Positions 37,174-49,500 of a stretch of DNA of 64,000 bases are shown piece by piece (within the stretch, counting starts at the first letter, position 1; each line of letters begins with the position of its first letter). Source of the DNA: Takakia lepidozioides. Lineage: Eukaryota; Plantae; Bryophyta. The DNA lies in the NCBI GenBank assembly GCA_030704615.1, contig CM060731.1, forward strand, positions 12,834,001-12,898,000, read 5' to 3'. The notes under the pieces are model-generated. The model was given only the letters and a program-made list of their open reading frames with translations. It had not been told where the DNA came from and did not search any database. Made by a program: the position numbers and the translations under genes.

Positions 37174-38744
37174 ATGAGGGAGGCAGATGTACTGCGGTGC
37201 CAGATTCAGGAATGGTACCCACGGTTTCGAAGGCACTCAATCCGAACTCTGATACACCCACTACCCGAGAGCTTTGTCTCCTTCCTTCTGCAGGACGGTC
37301 TGTTTCTTCCCCGGGAAAGCGATGCCATGCCCTCGCGCACACGGGTATTTCACTCCCCCTTCATCATTTGAAACTTTGGTTGGATACGAAGATTACACCT
37401 TCACTTCATTGAGGACGAAAGACCATTTCTATGTAAAAGCGAATGAAATCCAGTAGTAACAATAGTTTTTGGGTACAGGTTCAGAACAGTCAATTGCAAG
37501 CAGAGGACTATTCCCACTGGGATGAAGAAGATGATGAAACCGATGAACCTGAATTCCCGTCATTTCCAGGCCTCGAGGCCCAGGTACGGGCATCAATAGA
37601 AACTCTGGGAGGCTCAGTATTTCCAAAGCTGAATTGGAGCGCTCCAAAGGACACGCCTTGGATTAGCCCATCTGGGAGTCTAAAATGCCAGAATTTTGGA
37701 GAAATTTCTCTCCTTTTAAAGGCATCTGATAACGTGGTCCATGACCTTTGCCATGCCTTCGATTCTTGCGATGATAAAAGCACAGAGAAGCCCTCACAAG
37801 TGGTCTTAGCCCTTCGGAAGTGGTATGATTTGAGGCCAGAGATGGAGTTTCGGGGATTTGTACGAGGTAATATTTTGGTTGGAATCTGCCAGAGAGAGGT
37901 GACTGGGTTTTATGCAACGTTGCTTGGAAAAGAGGAAGAAATTGAGCAGGCCATCGCTGACTTCTTTGTGGAGAATATTAGTTATGAGTTTGGAGGGGAG
38001 GACTACACATTTGACTGTTATGTGACGAAGGATTGGAGGATAAAACTGTTGGATTTCAATCCGTGGGGGTGCTCCACCCTTTCCCTTTTGTTTTCATGGG
38101 AGGATTTGGAAGGAACCTACACCCAGGTTTTGGAGAGAGTGCAACAGAATCACTGGATTGATGACGATAAGGAGCCAGAGATTCCAATTCAGGAGAGGAA
38201 GGCAAGCGGGAAGGTAGATGTGAGTTCAGATTCTCTGAGTGAAGGACTAGAGGGAGTGATTCTTCAAGAGACTTGTGTCCAAGGAACACTGGACAAAACA
38301 ATGAGGACAAGAGCCAACCTCCGAAGCTTCGCTGTATCTGAATCTGAAAGGGAAACTCTAGAGAGTCCAAAACCCCCCCATGACACTGGGTACTTGAGAG
38401 ATGACAAAATATGGACACACAGTGAAGGAGGAGAGATTGTGACCCCTTCTGAGTTAACTGCAACAACTAATAATGGGTCGGGTTTGTTCGAAAGCAGGCC
38501 AGAGTCGACTCTGGAGACCATATCGCTTCAAAAGTTTGCAAGCTTTTTGCATTTACGGGAGGAAGGTTATAGAGTAGAATTGCGCATTGTAAAAAGTGAA
38601 GGTCTAGTGCAGCCAGGGTTGCGGGTGGGTACCGGAGTGCCCATTGATTTTGTCAACCAAGGGGCCTGGGAGAACATCATAAGGAGGGCGAGGGAGGAGG
38701 AGGCTCGAGAACAACTGAGGGAGAGAGCAGTTGCTGGTGGTTGA
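37174..38744 (+). CDS. CDC123: Cell division cycle protein 123 homolog (eIF2 assembly factor), exons 37174-37344 and 37479-38744
   Basis: CQIQEWYPRF, VFPKLNWSAPKD, LLLKASD, LRKWYDLRPEMEFRGFV, LLDFNPWG. In-frame GT-AG intron. Confidence 0.93.
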
Positions 38745-40186
38745 GGTCCCAGAAACTGGTTGGAGGCCAAAGAGGGAGTGGGAGAGAGAGCTATGTACTT
38801 GGTCCGTTTGCTCCTAATGTTGGATATGACGCACCTTGACCATGCATGCTAGAAACCCTGGTGGAGCTGGCTGTGGGTTTCAATTACCAAGCTGAGGTGA
38901 CATTTGCATAGTTCCCTATTCACACATTACGATGGTCAAGGGGGCATTCAGCCCTGTTGTGATCATATGGAGATGCATGTGCATGCTGATGACAAATCCA
39001 GTCGCAATTTATTGTGTCAATCTTAACCAGCTGCAGAAGAAAATGACCCTCGAAATCGATTAACATGTCATGCCTCATTCTGAGGGGCTATCCCTCTTCA
39101 AAGGTGGCACTTGTAATGGTGCGGAAGATGACCTAATATTTTTCCTTAACAGTGAATTGGTAAGGGACATGGTGGGCTGTTGGTCTTCCTGCTGCTGGGT
39201 GGAGCACATAGGACAATCTCAACATTAGACTTGCAACTGGCTTATCTGTCGAAACCAGAATTCCTCTGTAAGGAGTTTGGCAGCTGATTGACAAAATTTG
39301 AGTAGCATTCATATGCTAGCTCTTGTGGGGAGAGTTGGAGAGAGAGGGATTGTCCCCTACAGCCCTCTGGTTGAGGCTTCTTGGCTGATTTTAAGTCGAG
39401 GTGACCGTCGCAGGTCTCCTTTTTCCTTTCTCTCCGGAGTGCCTGGAAGCCTACCTGCATGATGCATTTCATCTGTTGGTGTCATTTGATGTTTTTGGAA
39501 GTGGTTTGTTGTTCTCTTTCTCTGTTCCATGGAAGCCAATGGAGGTTATTGAGGGTCCAATCAGTAAGGCCACAGTGGAACTGCTGCTCTAGAGTAAGAA
39601 CACACAATGCCTCAGACAAATGACCTCTTGGCCTTATTCACAGAATTTGCTGACTCACAGAGGACTGAGGGATCACCAACATGCCACAAGCCACAAGCCA
39701 CAGTCCCAGGCTAAAGAAACTACTTAGTATGTTACTACCTTTCTACAGTAATGTAACCAAGTGGGTGAAAGGGAAAAGGGATTAAAAAGAAGTCATTCAA
39801 GCTGGGACCCTCCGCTTGTCTTCATAGAACCCCGTACATTCTTCATTTCAAAAAGTATCACAAGTTGAGGTAGTTGTTCAATTTTGGGATTGAGGTAGGA
39901 ATACTAGGAATGACTCTCATGAGCATGCGACTCCACAATACATCAGAAACGACATCTACGAAATTTTTTAATAGATTGTCATTGAACCAGCTAAATGATC
40001 AGATTTTGATTAATTATGATAAAAACATTCAACATGGCTGACGGAAAGTTACAAAAAACTCCTGTGCACACACCAAACACAAGATAGCAGGCCCCATACT
40101 TCTAGTGGCAAAATTCTGGTGAATCATACTGGCGATCTACATGTTTTGTATGTACAGCATAGTAGGATACATTATAGCTAAACAGC

Positions 40187-40260
40187 GCAGTAGCCGTGAG
40201 GTGAAGTGGCTCTTAGTTAAGCCGGCTTCGGCCGCAGTCTTCTCTCTCTCTCTCTCTCTC
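40187..40260 (+). mobile_element. Tiny putative retroposon 3' end with (TC)n tail
   Basis: Flanked by AACAGC (40181-40186, 40261-40266). Two short hairpins followed by (TC)n. Confidence 0.5.
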
Positions 40261-40533
40261 AACAGCTGCCTAGAACTGTCAATGCCGTATGCATCAAGCT
40301 ATTGAAGGGAGCACAACTTGCTCATGTTTTGAAGCAATGGGGCTACCCTTTGACCAAGTTCCATCTCTCACTGCAAATCAATTTTGAGAGAACACCATGC
40401 TCTGATTAGAAATCATGCTCTGTGCTTGTGGCAACAATCGTAACCTCCTTTGGGTTCAGATGGAGTAGTTGCTTGAAAAGTGCGCCACTGAAAGGTACAA
40501 ATCTTAGTAAGCATAATACTACCATCAGGCTTT

Positions 40534-43500
40534 TTAAAACTGGCTGTTTAATTTGGCAAGTGAGCTCAAGAGCTGGACAAGGTTCTGAGGGCATTCATAG
40601 CGCATATAGAAGACTGGGCAAACCCAGTTTGTGCAAAGGATGGGCTGGAAATGGCCTCCCGAATGGCAGCGCATACATTCTGCAAGTGCTCTGGTGAACT
40701 TCTTTTCCTGTTCCCTCACCTCCAGGAAGATTCCATTTGCCGCACTCTGTGCAGCTCCTGCCAGGGCACAATCTTCACACAATGCTGGCTTATCATCTTC
40801 CATAGGTTTCCTGCATTGTGCGAGCCAAATAAGCCACAGACACAGCACAGATCGCACAGCAGCACTCAACAAAAATGAGAATGACAACTTCAGTTTCAGA
40901 TAGTGCTTCCATAAAACTTCGGAAAGAGGAAGATACCGGCAATTGAGGCAGGGGGACTTAGGTCGGAAGAAGCTGCTAACTAAGGCCTGTGTGCGGTGCG
41001 AGGCACTCATTGATGCAGATGGAGGAGGAATGGTGTGGCTGCCAGTGAAGAGCTCTCGCAGCGTTGCTGAATCTGTGACATGCTCCAATATCTACCCCAC
41101 CACAACAATCAAAATTGAACGGGCCTAATCTTAAGAGTGCTCCCATCCTTCCCTTCCCCCTCGCCGACAGCTTATTTTTCCAAATCTGGAAAACCAGCTC
41201 AATCAAGTATCATCACCCTCTGCTATTACAATCAGGTCACCTATATCTCCCTTTTGATACATTTGCAGGAATACTTCATTAACCACTTTAGCATATCCAA
41301 AAGCACTTTAGGGCTGGCTTCAAATCACAAGTGAAACCACCTGTCCACAGGTGAAGAGGCTTTCGCACCTTGGGCCCCCAGCCATTAGTATTCCAATGTG
41401 GCCAAAACACCTCCACAACGACCCCTTCATGCACGTGGCTTACGAAGGAATGAGAATGTTACTCACAGATTCAAGAGGTTTGCGAAGCTTATTCTCAAGA
41501 TAGACATGTGTATTCACTGGTATGCCTCCACTCATGGCATCCACTGGGTCTTCCGCCATGTCATCCTGCCAGTCCCAAGTTAACTTTTGACTCAAGCGTT
41601 TGAAGTACAAATGCATCGTCTGATCTCCAGCCATGTCAGAATTTCTCACTTTATATGAATGGGAGGTGAAGGCCAGTAGCTGCCTTGTGCATACCATAGA
41701 TGCCCCTGAAATTGAAGAGAGTACAGATCTGACCTGAAGTTTGCTAGAGTTGGCAGCCAGGACAAAGGGTATTCGTTCCCCGATATGAAACTGCCGATCA
41801 GGATCTTTGCGTTTCAACCTTATGGCGAGCGCCACATGGGGGCCCCGACCTTCCTCTGCAGTGGATGGACCCCCAGTTTGCTTTTGGGGACTCTTGGTCA
41901 CTGCTGCTAGCCTTGCAATGTCATGGTCATCCACCCTCCAGAGACCCTGCCGTACCCACCTGATTCATTATTGTCATATAAAACCACTGCAATCTGCTTG
42001 GGCTGCTTTGCTGTGCATTCACCTAAGAAGGAAGAACTGAGGAGAAGGGTTAAATAGTGGAAGGGACACGAAATGAAATGAAATGGAATGGTACTTTATA
42101 ACGTCCGCGGAAAGCTCAAAGAGCTTATGGGACAAAATGGAAAAAATATGAGAGAGGAAACACAACCAGCGCCAAAAAAAAGCCCAAAAGCAACTACTGC
42201 TCAAGGGATTGTCTAAGGGTCAAGGCCTCGTGCAGGTAAGCTGCCAAGCATTTCTGATCCTCATAATGGAAGACTTCATTGAGAGATTGAGTTCCGCGGA
42301 ATAGACAGTGGAACCTCCCACAGATCTCATAACATAGAGGGAAATAAAAGTGTTCTTCAGTTTCAATTTCCTGGTTGTGCCCGGTGCAAGCTGGGCATAG
42401 GCGGTCCTCCCGTTGCAGGATTTCCCATCTGCCAGTCTCTATCCGTAGATTGTGGGAGCCCACCCTGAACCGCCCCAATGCCCTCAGGAGGGAAGGAGAT
42501 AAAGGCGCCGAAAGGTAATTAGGCCGCAAGATTCTATCATCAAGGAGAACCAAGAATGTCTCTTGATAGAAATAGAGCTTTGTTGTGAGATCGGGTAGCT
42601 TCCACGTTCTCCTGACATGTAGTTAAGTTCCCTTCTAATGAGTCTGTTGCGATCCTGTTTGGATGTGATTTCCACCCCTTCTGGATTCTCTGGCAATAAT
42701 GAAGCAGTAGAGAGTTCATTGCGCTCAAAAAAATGCAGGGAAGAATGATATATAGTGGGTCCTTGGGAAGTTTTTCTTGAGGCACTCCTAGGCATGCAAG
42801 ATAATTCTCAATCACGTGTTGTCAAAACATATGCCTCTGACTGTTATTTCCAATATGAACGTTTTGGAATCAGAACTTGTGTTACCCCAGTCATCAGCAA
42901 GTCCGAAAGGCTCCACTTGCCCGCAACCAGCCGGCGGATGGCATGCTTACAACTCTCCAAAGCACCCGCCACATCATTCTTCACAAGAATGTCAAAGAGT
43001 GCTTGTTTGCATATTGTGCGTACAAAGCCAGGCACATCCCTTCGTTCAGCTTCAATGCCGCGTACAAACAGAGTGCCTTGGGTGTCCTGGCCCTCACCTG
43101 CCTCACTGCTTCTGGTGAATTGCTTGCCCGCGTACCTATTGACCTGCTCCATGTTAGAGCCAACCTCTCAAATGTGAGAGCGAGTTGCACAGACATTGGA
43201 CTGTTGTTGCCCCTCCAATCAATGAATGAATAGTTTTCAGGTCCACAGGAAACACCACATATCTGCGGCCTCATGTCAAGAGGTGCATACTTGTCGGCTA
43301 AACATCATGACAAAACAGTGTCTCAAAAAGCCCTGCCTTGTACCATAAGTTGATGATTTTGACACCTAGCTTGTCCTCAACTGTACACGAGGGTGGGTTA
43401 GGGAGGGTGCTGAGAGGGTGAATGGTGCCTGCAGCCAGACAAGACATGAACAAAAATATGTTCAATCGTGTCTAATATACTTTTAATCTCTGCTTCTGTT

Positions 43501-46500
43501 TGCAACTTTGTATTGTGAACCACCTATAAATCACATGCACAGACTAAAACTAAAGTGATGTGCACAGAAAACGACCTGAAGCAGCAGGAATGGACACAAT
43601 ACCTGCAAGAAATAGAAGCATTAGTCAGAAATTTCCCCATGTAGCTTTTAAGCTCACAAGTCTTCATGTCTTAGGACCACAAAACACATTCTCCCACACA
43701 CCTTTCTATATATTGACCTACAGGATCAGCTTCTTATGGACTCATTTTCTTAAACTCATCCATAGATTCAGTTGGCCCTGAAAGCTATTTCATGCAAGGG
43801 ACAAACCCTCCAAGCATCCATGAATGGAGTGTGACCAAGACAAACTCGCAAATGCGACATATCTATACAGATATATATTCCAATCAATTCCTAACTGTAT
43901 GAGGTTATAAGCTTCTGAAAATCAAACCTTGAAATTTTCTCTCTGTTTCTCACCGTTCTGGTACCCTTCCATCTAACTTGTTCTTAACACGTTGATAATG
44001 TGAACAGACACAAGCTATAACCCTAATCTACACATGGAAAAAAGACCAGAAAGTAACTGCCAAGGCCTACTACGAACAGCAATGTACCAACATATACAAT
44101 GAATGCCAATCCCCAGTAACATTGATGGGTCCTTACCCGCTCAAATTTAAGGACCATAGGAGAAGGAAAGGCTTGGGACACAATGTCAGCTGCTTGGGTG
44201 CCCAAAGCAATCGCCTCGTCTATACTGGCCCCTTGGAATCGAATAAACACACTGTCAGTCTGAGCATAGATCACTTGTGCCTTCTCAAATGTGCTCCCCA
44301 CAAGCTCTACCGCTCGTTTACATGCAGCTGCCCCCATGCTGCATTCAAATAGAGGGGGTCATTGCCCTTGCAGGGGATGTAGACGCTGTTTATACAGTAT
44401 GATTCATTCATACTCTTCAAACATAGAATACACCTCTATATCTAAGGAGCTCTCCAGCTAGCAGGAGAAAGTTTGAAAAGGTGAGATACAACTCGTTATT
44501 AACTTCAAGAAATTGCACCCTCCAAGTTATATACCTGAGACAAGAGTCAGCCAAGGGCAGCGCCTGCTGGGGCGATGTACCTGCCCCTGTGAATCCATAT
44601 AGAGCATTTGAGCATAGCTGCATCATTAAAAAATCCCCGCCACAATCATCAATGTGCAAACCATTCATATAAGACTATTTACAAGATTTAGAACATCATG
44701 CTTGGCTCAAACTTAAAGAGAGGTTGTAAGCTGTTCTCAAATCTCATCAATACACTATGATGTAAGTTAATGTACTCTCTAGGCATCAACTGTAGCTCAC
44801 ATTGTTTGTAACTTGAAGTACAGATGGGATTTATGATCTACAGTTAGTCGAGGGAAGCACGACTTTCATGTGTAGGATTCCATTGGAGCAGGCCACAAGA
44901 AGTTGTTGTCCACCAGGCGACCAGTCCATGCATGTGATTGGCCCTGGTACCACCACGGCCTACTGACTGTGCTATTTGTGAGCCAGTCAACCCATCACAA
45001 CCACATAGCCTACTCGTTCAACATTACATAGTACTATGTTTCAACTACGGGCTGGAACGGGGTGTACTTCTGGTAATATATCTAACTATCTAGTGCTGAT
45101 ACAACTCAGAAGTTCACTATTTGTCCCCAGAAATTGAGACTCCGCAAGTCAATCCATCCGATGCTTCATAGCTTTTATCTTTAGTCGGCACAGGAAGTGT
45201 TCACCTTCTCACTTCTGATTACTACTTAGATGAGATTGAGCCGCTGCATGTGCACTGTATTAAACATGTACAACAATCAGGTAATGGTCTGGAATTTATT
45301 CTCAGGAACCAATTAACCTTGAGGGCCTTCTGCCTTCCATCCAGGACAGCTCGCTCTTCCATGCTCACATTATCAGCGGTCATTTGATCTCTTGCCTGTT
45401 TCCGCGCCCTGATTAAGGCTCCTATAAATACCACAAACATCCTGTATGAGCAGTGCGGAAGACAGAGTGCAACTTTATAACGTCCACAAGGGGCATAGAG
45501 GGCCCATGGCAGAAAGTATACTGACCAGAAACCACATCTTATTGAAGACCACACCCCTAGTGCCCTTCCAAATGCTGTCCTCAACTCTTCATATCCACTG
45601 TTATTTTGTTTGAGCGAGGTAAAGAAACTGGGGAAGGGGAGGGAGACAGACATACAGAGGTGGACAGTACCACATATACGAGGTAGGATTCCATGGCGGA
45701 GTGATGGCTTCACAAATTGAGCTCCATTTGGGCTGCTTGGACACACATCCAGAAATCCATGGACCAAAATATAAAGAAAGGTATTACTCTGCCTGCTTCT
45801 GAAGCTGTCATTTCCAAAACATTAAAGGCCTAGGAGGCCTCAATATGCCCAGCTGACAGGCATCCCTGCCATATGACTAGTCCATGTTTTTGATAGGCAC
45901 CAAATGGAGTGCAGTACTCCTTTGGTCCCTGAGCCTTCCAATCCAGGAAGAAAAGGCTTGTGAGGGATCCAAGTGAATACCACAGAATAAATTACTTGAT
46001 GCACCAGGCTATAGACATCTGACAAGAAAGTAAAACGCAAAAAGAATGAACCACTGCCAAAGAACTACTCAAGTGTGGGTCAAAGGCAGACTGCCTCAAG
46101 GAGGTAGGCTGCCAGGCAATTTGGATCTTCACAGCTAAAGACCTCAAAAACAAATGGATGGTAGCCAGCACTCACGAGGAGTCTAGAGGCATTCTTGGAT
46201 TCACGGCCTGTCAACTTATCTTGAAGTATTATGCATACTACGGCTCGTAAGAATGAAGTGCAACCACACAGAAACCTTGAAATAAAACCCCTGGAACCCC
46301 ATCCTCTTCTGTGAGTAGTAAGACACTCAAACATGGCCTGAAATTGTAAGCCTTTCACGGCCATTTGAAGGTTGAAGGTTCGTATTTCTTTTCCTAGAGA
46401 TCACAAGCGAGCACCTGGAAATCAAAAGATCATCGGGCAGCGAGCTTGCATCCTCCGGATGTACTAGGGTGGTGTAGCACCTGACAAACAGAGTGCATGG

Positions 46501-49500
46501 AGATCCTTAGGATGGTGTGGAAGCATTCTCAGATCAATGTTACATGGATAGTTCCCGCAAGCAGCAATGGTCTCATACTAATGGTCACCAACCAATCTTT
46601 AATTTCACTTGACAGAAACATGTGAAAGTAGAGATGAACAAGTTTCTCCAATTAGCAGAATTTGGCTTGTCCCTGAGCCTCTAAGCAGCAAATTCAGGGA
46701 TATCTGGTATCTATGCAGCCAGAGGGGACTCACAGGTTATAAGCCATGAAAATAGATGGGTAGAGAGATGCAAAGTCCAAAATAGTAACAGGGTCCTGCT
46801 CCTGCCATCCCCCCAGCTCCTCCACCTCAAAATAAACTCACGTGTGTACAAGAAAGCACCAAAGCAATTTTGCAACAACCTGAGTGTTGCAAAAACTGAC
46901 AGATCAAAGTCAGTACCTGATAAAACCCAGCCGTCTGAGCCTCCTTTGGATGAAGCAAGAAAGGGCTCTCCGATAGCTGCCCTGTTTCACATAATTCCAC
47001 AGGCCTGGGTTATGACAGTTTTTGGTCCAAGAGAATTTCCCTAATTAATGGTTACACTTCCACTTATTCAAGGCAATCTCAGTAAGTTCTGCACAATATG
47101 CTAAACAAGGTTGACTGTCATTGAGGACCCAAGGGGCTTCCACAGGAAACCCCACACACCTCCAGCACGTAGGCAAGTCTAGCAACTGATAACTAAATTA
47201 ATGCATAAGATGTTTGAAAAGATGCCACAAAATTTCAACACCAGATTTTACGGATGTGCTGGGAAGTGCAACATCCAGGTCTACAATAAAATAAGAATGT
47301 ATCACTAAGAGTGCACCAAGACCACCAACCAGTAATAGTGGAGAAATTACAAATTGCATGGTCCCTAGATCTGGCATCCTGCCATGGGACAAGGAAATCC
47401 ATTTTTCTTGAACTCACCACTTATTGCAGCCCCTCCAAGCAGCCATCCCTCTCTCCTTGCGCTCCGGAGAAGTAAGCTCTTCAGTCACAAGAAATTTTGG
47501 AGAAATGTACAATTCAGTTGACTGACAGCAAGTTGCTTGTAGCCAGAGTTTACCAATATTATGTCTTAGCATCCCAGACATAGCATTCTTACTCAGATCC
47601 CTTAATGGAAACAGGGACCAAATTTTCCACCCTGTTTAGTGAACAGCAATACGGTCTGAGCCTGTACCCTAGTCTCTCTGCACCACACCCATCCAACTGA
47701 ACTGTAAAAAGAAGGGTAAAATTGCATACGGTGGGATTCAGAATCTTTTATCACTTACTTGCACGCGCACCATTTGCGCTTTATAAAGGACTTCAGAGAG
47801 AGTCAGCCCAGTGACCCGGGCCATCTCTACTGTTTCGGGCACTGTTTGCAACCTCTCCATTAGCTTGAGTGCTACCTGCCACTATTCAACTTCATATGAA
47901 CACCTCAAGTGGTGTTTGCTAGCTCCTAAAGAGAAAACAACATCCAGTGAGCTCACACTGCAGCAAAAGCACCATGCAACCTATGACTGCCGATTACAAG
48001 ACAGTGGCCACATCATTTTGCAAACTCTGCTAATGCACAATGAGGTTGTTTGTTCTGGCATCCAGTCCAATGAAATTTTGCATCAGATATAGCCATCAGA
48101 AATAGAGCAACAAAACAATCAGCTTACCTCAGCTTCATGAAGTGAGTAAACCCACAGGCGAGAATGACCCCCATATTTGCCAGCCCAAAGCTCTGCCACC
48201 ATTACCGTTGATAGCACCTCTTTGGGAGTTCCTAAAAACAGCTGTGGACATGTACATTAATACCATAAGATCAAGAACTGCGTGGCCTTGACAGCAGTGT
48301 TCGTCCTGATCTGATAGCTTACTGGACTAGCTTCTAAATCTTTTCACTTCTCCACAAGGGAACCGATTGCACTGAAAGGTGCAGGAATTAAATTTCACCT
48401 CCAGCAATCTGATTGAGCGATCTATATATCGAATAAACAAGGCTGCAAGACATCCCCACATAAGTGATGACCTGGACTGAGTGGAATCGTATTTTGATGT
48501 ACCTGTCATTATGCACATTTGGAGGCTCAAAGGATATTTTCATCATGGAATTACAAAAGCAACCTGAATTCTGCATAATCTACCATTGTGGATCACATAC
48601 ACAACAGTCATGAAGAAATGACAACAGGCAGAGCAGGGCAGGAGGTGGCTCTTTAGGATTAGTTAGTTTATCCCCTTTCTGCCATTGATAAACTCAAATG
48701 AAGTTCAGCATCATTTAAAACTTCATAAGCCTTGACTGAAGCACTGGGACAAGGTCAACTACAGAAACAAAAGAAGTCGTACCAATCAATCCAGTACAGA
48801 ATAGCAAGCCTTGTCTTCAACTACGATCCGCAATTAGTCATACAAACCTAGAACCATCGCTCAATCTTAAGAATGATAATTTTTTACCAAATCAAGATTT
48901 GAAACCAACCCAACACCTGGAACCATGGAGAAAAGGCACGAATGCAAATATCTCACCTGTGAACACTCTGCTAGTGTGAATGTAGAGAGGTTGAAAGCCA
49001 CAAGGATCACACGAAGCATGTCAATCACTAGCCTGCCCTCAACAGATGCCCGGAACACCTCCTGGTTGGATGTTGATGACATGCGTGCTTGCTGCTTTAC
49101 CCAATGTTTCCCATATGTCACCACTGACTTTACCTGCCATTGGAAAAAGACAAAATGAGATTTTATAGATTCCACATTAGAACATATCTATGCGAGAGCC
49201 TACTAAATCTAATCTGAGGTAGCCAAAGATTATAATAACAAATTTCACATTAGAACTGTATCATAGCTGACACAACTACAGTGTATCTGTGACCTATGCA
49301 ATAGAGTGTGCTGATAACACAGGTTAGGCATGAAATAGCAATGAATACTGGTGTTCATCACTATCTGCTAAATGCATGGAGACTTCCATAACAAGACATG
49401 CAGTCTGTAGTGGAGTTAATAGAGACAGAAACCTCAATAGATTGGCCTTTGCGCCGGCCAATATCAAGAGGTCCTAGCTTCAGCACTTTGAATCGCTCAG

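Noticed and set aside
43164-43200. Intronic 'SPMSVQLALTFER' resembling the true exon end 'SPMVLKFER'
   Set aside because: Only about 9 nt match and there is no proper GT donor in frame; treated as coincidence.
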